Translations under genes and position numbers: made by a program
Source of the DNA: Sedimentisphaerales bacterium
GTDB lineage: Bacteria; Planctomycetota; Phycisphaerae; Sedimentisphaerales; SM23-30
Length of the DNA: 64,000 nt
Direction of reading: 5' to 3'
Assembly: GCA_963663965.2 (NCBI GenBank)
Contig: CAXXFK010000020.1
Span: 32,001 to 96,000 of the forward strand
Notes under the pieces: generated by a model
The model's database searches: none
The model's input: only the letters and a program-made list of their open reading frames with translations
What the model was told of the DNA's origin: nothing
Shown here: piece by piece, positions 1 to 10,310 of the stretch
Position numbering within the stretch: the stretch's first letter is position 1
Layout of the letters: every line of letters starts with the position of its first letter

Positions 1-2063
1 AAGGCATGATTGAGGTCTGGTTTTTTTAAATCGCGTAGTACATTAGAAATTAACTTTTTGAAATCCGGTTGATTTGCCAGCGATTCAGTCCAGGAACCGG
101 CAAGCTGTGAGGTAAATACCATTACACGCCCCAAACCATACTGCCAGCCAGCCAGTATCGGATGGTTCATACTGGAGGAAAGTATCGATTCACCAGTGGG
201 TTTTATGGTCGTTTCGACATAACCATCAATGGCGCCGATGGCCTGCCAATCGATATCATTGACTAATGGGCCGGCTTGATTGACATGAATAGCCGTTGTT
301 TGTTCTATAAATGGAGATAACAAAGAACTTTCCGGCTGTTTCACAATGATTTCAGGTAAATTGTATCGATCAGGCGCACAGTAAAACCGACCACGCCCCC
401 ATTGGGCCAGGCTGGCTAAAAAGGAAGAGTGCGTATCAGGCCCCACCAGAACCGTAGACAGAACAATTCGTTTTTCAGTCATATTGCGAATCAGTGGTTC
501 GAATTGCCCCGTTTCAACCCCACCATCGGTCAATACCAAAACATGTCGCGTTCGTGTATTCACGTTCTGCAAAGCATAATAAGCTTCTTCGATAGCCGGC
601 AGAATCACCGTCCCCCCACCAGCGCTCAGGCGATTAAGCGCTCGCTGGATATCAATTGAGTTAGATGCCGGTTGGATGGGAGCCGCCCAACGTTTGGACC
701 CGTAGAACTCGACGATTCCAACCTTGTCATGGGGCTTGAGACGGGCAATTGCGAGACGAGCCACTTCACGCGCCAGTTCGAAACGCGGCCCAATCATACT
801 TCCGGAAGTATCAATAATAATCACCAATGTCGCGCTTGGATCTCGTCTTTGGCGAGTCTGACTGAAATCAACCGGCAGGACCTCCGCCAGTGGGGTTTGG
901 TAATACCCGCCCGCACCCAACGATTGTTTACCACCCGTAACCAGCAAGCCCATTCCATTGGCAACGGCATTGTGTATCTGTTGCATTTCATCTTGCGAAA
1001 TCGCCTCAGCCGGCGTATCGGCAATAATCAGGATAGAATTATCCTGATCAGCAGCAGGAATGTCAGATATTGCTTGAACCGGTGTTATCCGATAAAAGGC
1101 ATCCAGCCAGTCATGCAATAATTCAGTGGCCGGCTGAAGAGGATTGGATTCCAAGACATAAACCGGATCGGGAGGATATACATGAACGGCATAAGAACAG
1201 GCATTGTTCGTTTGAATTGTATCAGTAGAACCGGTAATCAATATCTGAAATATTTCTGTCCCAGGTTCCGATAGTGGCAATGAAATTGGAACCTGCTGAA
1301 GACCCGAATGAAGTTCAATGGGATATTGATGAGCAACGGTCTGTTGATTAGAAATTGTTGCTAACACCGTTGTGTCCAAAGATGAGTCCACTTCGAGTAG
1401 CAACTGGACGGTTTCGCCTATCGCGGCTGATGTCGGGCCGATTACCGACCGCAAAATAATTTCATTGGCAAGGGGCTGACCGAACGGATAAACCGTCAAC
1501 CGAATATTGTTCGACAAACGTTGGATCTGGTGTAAAACCGAATTGGCCTTAACCCTGGCATCAGTAAATAGAAAAATGGCGCCATTGGAACAGCCATCAA
1601 CCAACGCTCCAGACAACCGCAACGCTTCGGTCAGATTGGTTGGTTCAGATTGTACAGTTTGTTCTATGGGGGGACGCAATGAGACGAGCCATTCCGGATC
1701 GGAAAGATCATAATCATCAGGATTGATATGGCTCGCCTGATGATTAAACAAAACCCACTGTAAATCCATACCCGACCATTCGGTATCGATTTTTTCGTTG
1801 ATTGTCAATGCCGCCTGGCGTAAGTCATCATCGGACAGACTGGGTGAAATATCAACAACTACAACCGCACGCGATGCGTCTGGGAGACTTTCAATAACCG
1901 GCCGGGCTAATGCCAGGATTAACAAAAACCAGAATAATGAACGCAAGGCAGCCATAACCACAAAGCGCAACGATTCTATGCGATGACGGTTGCGCCACTG
2001 GAAAAACAGCGCCGGTATTAATAGAAGCAGCAGCCAGAGACGATTAGGTGCGATAAAGAGCAT
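1..2063 (-). CDS. VWA-domain membrane protein (two VWA domains), 3' end truncated by the window edge; absent from the ORF track because its stop lies outside the window
   Basis: Manual translation of two segments: from ATG at 2063, MLFIAPNRLWLLLLLIPALFF...LILALARPV...VVVVDISPS (BatA-like N-terminus plus VWA); further on, LVIIIDTSGSM...AGGGT...HVLVLTDG (complete MIDAS motif). Confidence 0.85.
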   Translation of the reverse strand, partial: MLFIAPNRLWLLLLLIPALFFQWRNRHRIESLRFVVMAALRSLFWFLLILALARPVIESLPDASRAVVVVDISPSLSDDDLRQAALTINEKIDTEWSGMDLQWVLFNHQASHINPDDYDLSDPEWLVSLRPPIEQTVQSEPTNLTEALRLSGALVDGCSNGAIFLFTDARVKANSVLHQIQRLSNNIRLTVYPFGQPLANEIILRSVIGPTSAAIGETVQLLLEVDSSLDTTVLATISNQQTVAHQYPIELHSGLQQVPISLPLSEPGTEIFQILITGSTDTIQTNNACSYAVHVYPPDPVYVLESNPLQPATELLHDWLDAFYRITPVQAISDIPAADQDNSILIIADTPAEAISQDEMQQIHNAVANGMGLLVTGGKQSLGAGGYYQTPLAEVLPVDFSQTRQRRDPSATLVIIIDTSGSMIGPRFELAREVARLAIARLKPHDKVGIVEFYGSKRWAAPIQPASNSIDIQRALNRLSAGGGTVILPAIEEAYYALQNVNTRTRHVLVLTDGGVETGQFEPLIRNMTEKRIVLSTVLVGPDTHSSFLASLAQWGRGRFYCAPDRYNLPEIIVKQPESSLLSPFIEQTTAIHVNQAGPLVNDIDWQAIGAIDGYVETTIKPTGESILSSSMNHPILAGWQYGLGRVMVFTSQLAGSWTESLANQPDFKKLISNVLRDLKKPDLNHA

Positions 2064-2140
2064 AATTAATTCTAGCTATGAGTATTTATTAAATTACAGA
2101 TTTTTTCGAATATCACGAATATCATACGGTCGCGTATGAT

Positions 2141-3832
2141 TTATATTATTTTCCCACGCGAGGATAACCAGAGTTCAATCAAAAAGCCAATAAATGCCAG
2201 AATTAAAAACCATTCGAAAGGTTCTGATCGAACATGACCGGATGGTAGAGCTAAATCTGGCACTTCTGTTACAACCGGTCGATTCAACTTACTGATAATG
2301 CGATCACCGTTAACGGTTACTACAATTTCATCTTCTGCCAGACTTGTACTTGGGGAACTCGTATTCCGGCCAGTCAGGACCAGAGGAGTTTCCTGCCAAC
2401 CAGCCAGATACGCTATTGCCCGGTTCATAAAAACCACAAATTGAGCTTTACGCCAGAAGTTGGCGGAATCATGCAACAAACAGGAAGACAACAGGATACG
2501 GTTAAATCCCGCTATTGGGCCTGCGGCTGCCAGAATCTTATCTTTGGAGAATAATAGCGGCTGGCAATCGACCGGCAAGCGCCCAATCACAGTCCCCAAT
2601 CCGGCCTGGAGATCGGCTCTATCCAGACCTTCTGTGAGTAAAGTACTATCCGCAGAAATCTGGATCGGATTTATGTCATCAATTTGTGGGCCGGACAACG
2701 AGATAACCAAAGCCGGACAATCAGGTAAATCTGACGTTTCTTGAATAAAAGCAATATCAGACATCTCATGGGCTGAAACAATTGAAACTGCCGGGTGATT
2801 TTCCAAAAAGAGTTTAACCGGATAAGGAATTGCCGGATCCATCGCGATTCTAACAGGGTTTCGACGGGGTAAAACGAACACCAGCCGGTTATCATCAACC
2901 AGACCATCCGCCAGTTCAAGCCGGACATCGATCAATCCGCCATCGGCAGAAACCTGATCGACCGTATATGTGTCAATCCGGTTATCCTGGCATGATATCG
3001 GCTGTCGCAATAAAATCTGGGACTCTTTTTCAATAACAATATTCCCTGAAAGAGTTTTATCGCCCCAGAAACCTACTCGAACTGAAAATGCTCCCTGGCA
3101 GGGGTTGTCCGCATACGGATCAAATAAGGCCGCGATAATGCCCGCATTGTCGACAGGTTCTCCAACAGTTATTACTGAAATTTTCACCGGGCCATCAATT
3201 TTCAGATTATCTGGATAATTAAACGAAGTATCCGTCAATATGATAACGCCGGGACTCGGTTTATGCCGAACTAGCGTTAGCGCGAGTTGAAGAGCGTCAG
3301 CACATGCCGAAGGACAGTTTGACGGTTCCTGCTGGGCCAGTTGCCGGGCGCGCATTTTGAGAATGGCCGTCGGTTCATCAAAACGATGCAACAGTTGAGG
3401 CTGGGAATCGGCGGCAATCAAGGCAACAGAACTGCCAGTGGGAAGGTCATGAATGATTTTGTCAAGTTGCTCCATTGCCAAATCCATGCGGCGCTGTTTG
3501 CCATCCATCGTCAGTGCGTTCATTGTCAAACCCCGGTCAACAATAATCGCCAGATAATTTTGTTGATGTTGGGAGCCCGGCCACGAAACCCGAACAAGCG
3601 CCAGAATGAGAAGAATGGACAACGTCAAAAAAAACAGGAAGGTCAACAGATGATGAAATCGGCGCCAGAGCGTACGCGCCTGGGTTTCCTGATAGATTTG
3701 CTGCCAGAACAGAATCGTTACGACCCGGATTGGACGCGGCCGAACGTGCAACAGGTGCAACAAGTAAAGAATGGCACCGCTTAAACCCATCAGGATAAAC
3801 GCAGTAAACCAGGATATTCCGTTAAATTGCAA
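2141..3832 (-). CDS. BatA-like N-terminal/VWA domain membrane protein
   Basis: LYLLHLL...RP..V.T.LFW (BatA-type N-terminus), AIIVDRGLTM (degenerate MIDAS), VIILTD, C-terminal TM helix; AGGAG before a TTG start; adjacent to DUF58 and MoxR genes. Confidence 0.85.
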   Translation of the reverse strand: MQFNGISWFTAFILMGLSGAILYLLHLLHVRPRPIRVVTILFWQQIYQETQARTLWRRFHHLLTFLFFLTLSILLILALVRVSWPGSQHQQNYLAIIVDRGLTMNALTMDGKQRRMDLAMEQLDKIIHDLPTGSSVALIAADSQPQLLHRFDEPTAILKMRARQLAQQEPSNCPSACADALQLALTLVRHKPSPGVIILTDTSFNYPDNLKIDGPVKISVITVGEPVDNAGIIAALFDPYADNPCQGAFSVRVGFWGDKTLSGNIVIEKESQILLRQPISCQDNRIDTYTVDQVSADGGLIDVRLELADGLVDDNRLVFVLPRRNPVRIAMDPAIPYPVKLFLENHPAVSIVSAHEMSDIAFIQETSDLPDCPALVISLSGPQIDDINPIQISADSTLLTEGLDRADLQAGLGTVIGRLPVDCQPLLFSKDKILAAAGPIAGFNRILLSSCLLHDSANFWRKAQFVVFMNRAIAYLAGWQETPLVLTGRNTSSPSTSLAEDEIVVTVNGDRIISKLNRPVVTEVPDLALPSGHVRSEPFEWFLILAFIGFLIELWLSSRGKII

Positions 3833-3841
3833 AGAGACTCC

Positions 3842-4720
3842 TTACATGACTAATACGCCATTAATAAATAATTCTCTGAGCTGCTCGAGTACTGGACGCT
3901 CAACGGCAAGAGGTAAATAAACTCCACCGGATTTAACACTAAAATCATGTAACAGGGAACAATGTTTCTGCCAGGCATGACGATAACGTTGCAGGATCGC
4001 CGGTGTTATGGCCATCTCAACATAATTGTTAGTTTCGCAATCAAGTAAACGCACTTCTCCTTCGAAAGCCGGATTTGCATCAGCAGGATGAATCGTTTGG
4101 ACAACGACTATTTTGTGTCGTAAACCGCTCATAGCTTTTATCACCTTCTCAATTCCTTCAGGATCAAAAAAATCTGAAACAATCATAACTAATCCGCTTC
4201 GCAACTTCATGAGTCCAAAGCGGATCAGAGCCTCTGTCAGATTGGTATTACCAGATATTGGAAGATTGGAGAGAAAACGCAAGGCCTGATATAAACCACT
4301 GCGGCCGCTCAGAGCAGTCAGGGGGCATCCCAACTGTTCTCCAAAGGGATAAATACTAACACGATCCATTTGATTCAAACTGACGGCCGTCAACGCCGCG
4401 GCAATTTGTCGGGCCGCCCGCTCGCGCGAAGGCAGATCGAATTTCATTGACTGGCTGGTATCGATCAAAATATAGACAGGAACATCCTCACGTTCTTCAT
4501 AAAGTCGAACAAACAACTCGCCGCTTCTGCGATAAAGATTCCAATCGATACGGCGAATATCGTCTCCTACACGGTAGGACCGAAAATCCTGAAATTCCAA
4601 ACCGCCTCCCCGGTCACGACTGGGATGCTCGGCATGACGCCCCCCCGTAGCAACCTGACGCAACGTCAATCGCAGGCTTTGCAAGGACTCAATAAATTCA
4701 CCTGAAAATAACTCGTTCAT
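3842..4720 (-). CDS. DUF58 domain protein
   Basis: GGGLEFQDFRSYRVGDDIRRIDWNLY, ILIDTSQSM and IVSDFF motifs; directly downstream of moxR. Confidence 0.93.
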   Translation of the reverse strand: MNELFSGEFIESLQSLRLTLRQVATGGRHAEHPSRDRGGGLEFQDFRSYRVGDDIRRIDWNLYRRSGELFVRLYEEREDVPVYILIDTSQSMKFDLPSRERAARQIAAALTAVSLNQMDRVSIYPFGEQLGCPLTALSGRSGLYQALRFLSNLPISGNTNLTEALIRFGLMKLRSGLVMIVSDFFDPEGIEKVIKAMSGLRHKIVVVQTIHPADANPAFEGEVRLLDCETNNYVEMAITPAILQRYRHAWQKHCSLLHDFSVKSGGVYLPLAVERPVLEQLRELFINGVLVM

Positions 4721-5727
4721 CAGCAGGTTAATTCCTTAATTGTATTGATCGCTTTTCGAATCAGATCATCCGGTCGCACATGGCGGGCATGACCTTCAAA
4801 ATTGAGCAAAAGACGATGACGCAGAACAGGCAAGGCGGCCGCCCGCACATCGTCACAGGAAATGGCAAATCGTCCCTGGAGCAGGGCGCGTACTTTTGCC
4901 ATCAACAATAAGGCCTGAGCGCCTCGCGGACTGGAGCCCAGAGCAACAGACTGATTGATTTCCTCAGGCGCTGTTTCAGAACCAGGCTGGGTGGCACGAA
5001 CTAAACGAATAGCATAAGTGCACACCTGTTCACTGGCTTCAACCTGCCGAACTATTTGTCTAAAATGCAAAATTTCTTCTGCATTGGTAACGGATTGAAT
5101 TTCTGGAAGACTGGATCCAGTTGTTCGCTGAAGAATCTGGTGATAATCGGATTCCATGGGATAATCGACCAGCAATTTAACCAGAAAACGGTCCAATTGC
5201 GCTTCGGGGAGCGGATAGGTGCCCTCCTGTTCCACGGGATTCTGAGTGGCAATAACAAGAAAAGGCTGGGGCAGTTGGATTGTATGATTCGCAACCGTAA
5301 CCTGATACTCCTGCATGGCTTCTAAAAGCGCCGATTGGGTTTTAGGGGTTGCCCGGTTGATTTCGTCGGCGAGAATAAAATTGGCAACAATCGGACCATG
5401 CTGAAATTGTAGTTCATGGCCGCCACTTTCTTTTTCGACCAGAATCATCGTTCCAGTAATATCCGAGGGCATCAGGTCGGGGGTAAACTGGATTCGAGAA
5501 AAATCCAGTCGCAAAGCGGAAGCCAGCGTGCGGGCCAGCAGTGTTTTGCCAATGCCTGGCACGCCTTCAAGCAAGACATGGCCCCCACAAAACAGTACCG
5601 ATAATACATGATCGACCAATTCATCCTGTCCAACAAAAATTTTGTGAATCTCTGTTTTGATTCGGCCGAATACTTCGCTAAACAGTTCGGCCATCTGCTG
5701 GGCCGTCATGTTATTCGATTTTTCCAT
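4720..5727 (-). CDS. moxR: MoxR family AAA+ ATPase
   Basis: HVLLEGVPGIGKT (Walker A), RIQFTPDLMPSDITG, ILADEINRATPKTQSALLEAMQE, ATQNPVEQEGTYPLPEAQLDRF; start moved to ATG 5727 (AAGGA upstream). Confidence 0.96.
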   Translation of the reverse strand: MEKSNNMTAQQMAELFSEVFGRIKTEIHKIFVGQDELVDHVLSVLFCGGHVLLEGVPGIGKTLLARTLASALRLDFSRIQFTPDLMPSDITGTMILVEKESGGHELQFQHGPIVANFILADEINRATPKTQSALLEAMQEYQVTVANHTIQLPQPFLVIATQNPVEQEGTYPLPEAQLDRFLVKLLVDYPMESDYHQILQRTTGSSLPEIQSVTNAEEILHFRQIVRQVEASEQVCTYAIRLVRATQPGSETAPEEINQSVALGSSPRGAQALLLMAKVRALLQGRFAISCDDVRAAALPVLRHRLLLNFEGHARHVRPDDLIRKAINTIKELTC

Positions 5728-5845
5728 GCGTAATTCCTTAGAATCTTTCAAGTCGATCAAATCCAACTTGATAAGGCCAGATTGATACATCTATTACGTA
5801 TTGCCAGTATTCCCGCCAGTAGGCGGGCGAACAAATTATTCATCT

Positions 5846-7294
5846 TTATTGAATACTGGAATTTTGGTGTAACTGCGTAAGATACCTGCGAACAAGCCAG
5901 GCATCCTGCGGGGGGATCGATTCATTGGGACAAACCGATTCCGCAATTTGTCGGGGCCCTGCCTCGACGGAACTGGCGGCCGGCCCTGGATTGGGTTGGG
6001 GAGCGGAACGCTCATGGGTAACTTTGTTGGTGCCCGGCCCCAGCAAGCCTCTGACAAAATCCGGAACTGGAATACCCAGGACCAGCGCCGCAGTACCACG
6101 TGACTTTTTGGGCGTGGAGGGTCCACCACGGCCACTACCGGGCTTTCCGGAATCGGCACTTATACCCAGGTCGCGCGTTGGAGCCTGGTTACGATCTTTT
6201 AAGAAAGGTTGGATACCACTGCGTTGTAAATTCGATTCGGGTTGATCTTCTACTTCAGAACTAACCGTTTCATCATCCTGATTTCCTTCCACCATACGTA
6301 AGCGTTGAGACCAGGTATTTTGTACCGCAATACCGCCTTTGCCGCCTGAAAGACCCTGCCCGATGGATGAATCGCCCTGGTCGCCACTCCCCTTCATGGG
6401 GGGTTGCTGGCGTTGAGATCTGGCATTGGGGTTCCTTTGCGTGTCAGGACTGGGTTTGTTTTTTCCTTGATTAGACGCCGTCATTTCAACACTGGTTCCG
6501 GAGGCATTGGCATTTTGAAAAGAAAATCCCGGCGGATTCAGCATCCCACTACTGATCGTACCGGCAGCTTTTTCCTGGGGATTGTCTTGACGATTAGCGG
6601 GAATCCGGGCCGGCTGGTCCAGATTAGACTGGCTCGTTGTGGGCTTGGCGATTGCCATATTTGACTGTTCGGTATGATCCACTTCTTTATCGGAAGCCGA
6701 TGCAGTCGAATCAAATGGCGCCTGAGCCATAGCCCGATGTAAATTAACATCCAGTGGCTGACCAGACCGGGAATACGACCATTGAAAAGCAATAACACTG
6801 AAGATACCGCATAAGAGTAAGTAAATACAATCTCGACGCCAGCGCATCGGCACTTTTTCCAGTAACGGATTCATATGGGCCTGTTCACGCAATAAGGACA
6901 GACCTTGCATAATAGCAGCCCGGGCAAACAAGGTTGTTTTATCAGCCTGGACAAAATACCATGCCGTTGCGATTTGATTATGCTGCCCCACTGCCAGATC
7001 CAATCGTTGTGCGGCGTCGAGCCAACTGGGTTGTCGCCCCCAGTAAGGAACAATCCAGATAATGATAATGGTGAGAAACAGGCCGGTCAGACATATTAAA
7101 TAGATAAATAATTCCGGTAATAAATTAAAATTTAGTATTCTTATTAGAACAAACAATAAAGCAAACAGGACCATTGCAATCAAACCCACCTGACAAGCCT
7201 GTGTCAGGCGATTGAACAACTGCTGCCGCCAGAGTTTCGTCCGGACGTCAGTTAACAATCTGATCATTTCTTCTTTAAGCGCCATCATTTTCAT
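5846..7294 (-). CDS. Membrane protein with low-complexity Q/S/G-rich C-terminal region, typical MoxR-cluster partner
   Basis: Two N-terminal TM helices, AAQRLD...NQIATA segment, a further TM helix, then a long disordered tail; 4-nt overlap with the upstream gene. Confidence 0.75.
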   Translation of the reverse strand: MKMMALKEEMIRLLTDVRTKLWRQQLFNRLTQACQVGLIAMVLFALLFVLIRILNFNLLPELFIYLICLTGLFLTIIIIWIVPYWGRQPSWLDAAQRLDLAVGQHNQIATAWYFVQADKTTLFARAAIMQGLSLLREQAHMNPLLEKVPMRWRRDCIYLLLCGIFSVIAFQWSYSRSGQPLDVNLHRAMAQAPFDSTASASDKEVDHTEQSNMAIAKPTTSQSNLDQPARIPANRQDNPQEKAAGTISSGMLNPPGFSFQNANASGTSVEMTASNQGKNKPSPDTQRNPNARSQRQQPPMKGSGDQGDSSIGQGLSGGKGGIAVQNTWSQRLRMVEGNQDDETVSSEVEDQPESNLQRSGIQPFLKDRNQAPTRDLGISADSGKPGSGRGGPSTPKKSRGTAALVLGIPVPDFVRGLLGPGTNKVTHERSAPQPNPGPAASSVEAGPRQIAESVCPNESIPPQDAWLVRRYLTQLHQNSSIQ

Positions 7295-9612
7295 TCTTGA
7301 TTTAACTCGAGCGACAAGACAGATAAATCAGCTTTATTATCAGGATTCTGGACTATTGCGACTATAACCAGTTCCGCAGGGTCGATATAAGTCGGACGAG
7401 TATAGAATCGTACACCTTGGGTCTCTTCCTGACCAGCAATCTGATCGGAAATAATTTTATTCAGATTTTCCATATCAAGTTCAATGGGAAATGCCAAGAC
7501 ACTGCCATCGCGAGGTAGAGTCAGTCCGTTCGGATCAGTCAGGGATGTTCGGCAAACATTGCGATGAAGAAGTATCCCATTTCCTCCGGATACCATAATG
7601 ATTTTTTCGCAAACAAGTACCCACAACCGTCCATCGGTTGCGGCCGGGCCTTGCACCTTAACCTGGCCGGTTATGATACCATCACGATGGTCGATACCGC
7701 CGGAAAGCTGCCAAGTCTCCGAAATGGGTTGAGATTTCAATGCAGCTCGTTTAAGTACGCCAAAGACCTGCTCCGCCATGGTTTCATCACCTGCGGGTGA
7801 TTGCGCGTCATTCCCATCAAACAGGATCGTAGCCGTATCGGTCACCTGATAAAATTCGCCCCGGGCCAAAGCCGCCGGACAGACTAGAGGATCCGGTGAC
7901 GGTACGGGTAGATGATAACCAATCAATACGACCGTTTGATCGGTAAAATACTCTCGCAATCCGCTAAATGCCAACTCGGCAACCTGTGTCATGGGTTGAT
8001 CGACACAAGTAAACATTTCGATCAATCGAACCGGTTTTTCATCGACAAGACTCTTATCGTCATCATATCGCGTTGCCGGATGATATTCCGGAATGCGTCC
8101 CTCCAGAAGCTGTTCGGCATCCCGCATGGTAAATTGTTCACGGAATACTGCGTCATTATTCAATCGTCCCAGCGCCTGGGCGGCTTCCGGAGGCGCATCT
8201 TTGGCGATCGCCGCCTGTAAATAACGCGACCAGGCACGATTACATTTTTCAGTTTTTTCATACAAAACACCCAGCCAGTAATTGACAAAGGGATCCTGAG
8301 GCATGCCGAAAACGGCCGAAAGTAAATAACGACGCGCCTGGAGAAAATCTTTCTGCATAACGGCCAGGCGACCCAAACGAGCTCTTATCTGATATTCCGC
8401 CAGCGCATTGACATCATCAGGGGCGGAATCCAGAGCCATATCCAGCACCATTCGGCCCACGTCAGCCAGATCGTTGCTGTCATTATTGTATAGCTCATCC
8501 GCCAGTTCTATCAATCGACGTGCGCGTAATCCCGGTTTTACGGTGGCGGCATATAGGCGAACCGCGTGAATAACGGTTTTCGGATCAAGCGGAAATTCTG
8601 CCAGACGCAAACGATAGAGAATCTGAGCGGCTTCCTGTGCCAGTCTCGAATGAGGATGTTCAGTTACAAACTGTTCGACCCCATTGGCGTTTTCTTCATA
8701 TCGCGCGACAAAAAATGCTTGTTCGGCAGTCGGAAAATTGGGTTCGAGTGTTTCCAGAAACCACATCTTATTATGGTCATAATCGATGGTAATCCGGAAA
8801 TGGTCCATCAAATTCGCGCCCAGAATGACATCACAGGGTGTAGACAGCATCGCGGTAAGGTCTTCCGGACGCAATGCAATATAATCGGTAATTTCCAGAT
8901 CGCCCAGGGTCAGGGTATCGAGATCGCCGCCGGGAGCCCCGGCCAGATCGGCAGTAACCTGATCGATCAGCGTATCGACTACTGCGGTAGAAAAACGTAT
9001 CTTTAATTCAAAATCCTCACCGGCATGACCGGTCATCCAGTAGCCATTACTCTGTGATTCAAAGGGTATCACCCAGCTTTTGCCTGACTTCCAGGCCGAA
9101 TTGAGTTCGAGTTCGGGATCGGTCAAAATCGCATCCAATGGCCTTGATAAAAGGCTTAAACTCAAGTTTCTGGTATTGAGTTCAACAGTATGCCCTGCGA
9201 ATGCCGGTAATCCAACCACGGCCACAACGGGGATTTCTTCCAGTTCTTCGGCATAATCACGGGTAATTTCCTCTAGTAGTTCAATACCGGCAGGGGTACA
9301 GGAAATATCTGACAAGGTGAATTCACTGAACCGCAAAGCAACCGGGGATCCTTTATCGACTTTGAGGACCTTGGACGTGTTTTCATGAATTAACAAGGGG
9401 ATAGGAGTACCTAAATCGATGATCATATGCGCCGGAACCGCACGATCAGCATGGACAAGCTCACCCCTGGCAATAAAACGGCCGCCAATTTGCTTGAGAG
9501 AGAGTGTGGCCGCCTGACATTCCGATCCTAAAATGATAAACAAAAATGCCACATATACCACTGCAATAGAGTGATACCACATTGCTCTTTGCCCAAATTG
9601 TCGCTGATCCAT
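7291..9612 (-). CDS. Secreted multidomain protein: retropepsin-like region, TPR-like helices and thioredoxin-like (Omp28/DUF1223-type) domain
   Basis: Signal-like N-terminus; MIIDLGT...VILGANLMDHFRITIDY (retropepsin-like); YWLGVLYEKT (TPR-like); LIEMFT...LIGYHLPVPSPDPL...ATILFDG (Omp28-like). Start uncertain (9612 or 9582). Confidence 0.7.
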   Translation of the reverse strand: MDQRQFGQRAMWYHSIAVVYVAFLFIILGSECQAATLSLKQIGGRFIARGELVHADRAVPAHMIIDLGTPIPLLIHENTSKVLKVDKGSPVALRFSEFTLSDISCTPAGIELLEEITRDYAEELEEIPVVAVVGLPAFAGHTVELNTRNLSLSLLSRPLDAILTDPELELNSAWKSGKSWVIPFESQSNGYWMTGHAGEDFELKIRFSTAVVDTLIDQVTADLAGAPGGDLDTLTLGDLEITDYIALRPEDLTAMLSTPCDVILGANLMDHFRITIDYDHNKMWFLETLEPNFPTAEQAFFVARYEENANGVEQFVTEHPHSRLAQEAAQILYRLRLAEFPLDPKTVIHAVRLYAATVKPGLRARRLIELADELYNNDSNDLADVGRMVLDMALDSAPDDVNALAEYQIRARLGRLAVMQKDFLQARRYLLSAVFGMPQDPFVNYWLGVLYEKTEKCNRAWSRYLQAAIAKDAPPEAAQALGRLNNDAVFREQFTMRDAEQLLEGRIPEYHPATRYDDDKSLVDEKPVRLIEMFTCVDQPMTQVAELAFSGLREYFTDQTVVLIGYHLPVPSPDPLVCPAALARGEFYQVTDTATILFDGNDAQSPAGDETMAEQVFGVLKRAALKSQPISETWQLSGGIDHRDGIITGQVKVQGPAATDGRLWVLVCEKIIMVSGGNGILLHRNVCRTSLTDPNGLTLPRDGSVLAFPIELDMENLNKIISDQIAGQEETQGVRFYTRPTYIDPAELVIVAIVQNPDNKADLSVLSLELNQE

Positions 9613-9634
9613 GCGTCGAATATACCTGGTGATA

Positions 9635-10297
9635 TTATTTTGATTGATCAAGCTGCTGCTCGACGTGACAATCGGCATATAAAACATTAATCGCTTTCGA
9701 GGTATTAAGTCCACGACCAAAACTATGCGGAATCTTCCGTTCTTCTAAGGGTATCGCAAATCCTGCCTCGCTACCATTAGCCAGAAAACCAGGCGTATAA
9801 GGATAATATTGGTAATTATCCCAGACCAACCAGGTGGTGCGCATCCGTTTCATGGTAGAAGTTTTTGTTGTCTTAAGCATAGCGGCTATACTAAATGCAT
9901 ACGTATTCCCCAGATCCTTCATCCACAACAAGGGCTGAGCCTTACATACCCAAATTTCGCTATTGGCTTCAATGCAATTATTGGCACCCAACACAGCCGC
10001 AAGTCCATATTTTTCAGGCAAGCCACGACGATCTTCAGGATCCCGGTATCCAGGTGTCGCGCGGAAAGGAAACCCGCCAAGCGTATCCCTGTCGGGGAAT
10101 TTATCGTCGTAATCCATGGCATACATGTTCATCGCATAACCAATATCTTTAAGGTGGGTAGTACAAACTACATGTAGCGCCCTTTTTCGAGAACTGGCCA
10201 ATGCTGGAACCATGATACTTATCAAAATCGCTATAATTGATATGACTACTAATAATTCAATTAAAGTAAAAGCTCTCAATCTCATTTTAACTCGCAT
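9635..10297 (-). CDS. Prepilin-type N-terminal cleavage/methylation protein (DUF1559-like)
   Basis: [30 protein letters not shown]...C..HLK; C-terminal NVLYADCHV; GAGGTG RBS before ATG 10297. Confidence 0.9.
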   Translation of the reverse strand: MRVKMRLRAFTLIELLVVISIIAILISIMVPALASSRKRALHVVCTTHLKDIGYAMNMYAMDYDDKFPDRDTLGGFPFRATPGYRDPEDRRGLPEKYGLAAVLGANNCIEANSEIWVCKAQPLLWMKDLGNTYAFSIAAMLKTTKTSTMKRMRTTWLVWDNYQYYPYTPGFLANGSEAGFAIPLEERKIPHSFGRGLNTSKAINVLYADCHVEQQLDQSK

Positions 10298-10310
10298 ATA
10301 ACACCTCAGA

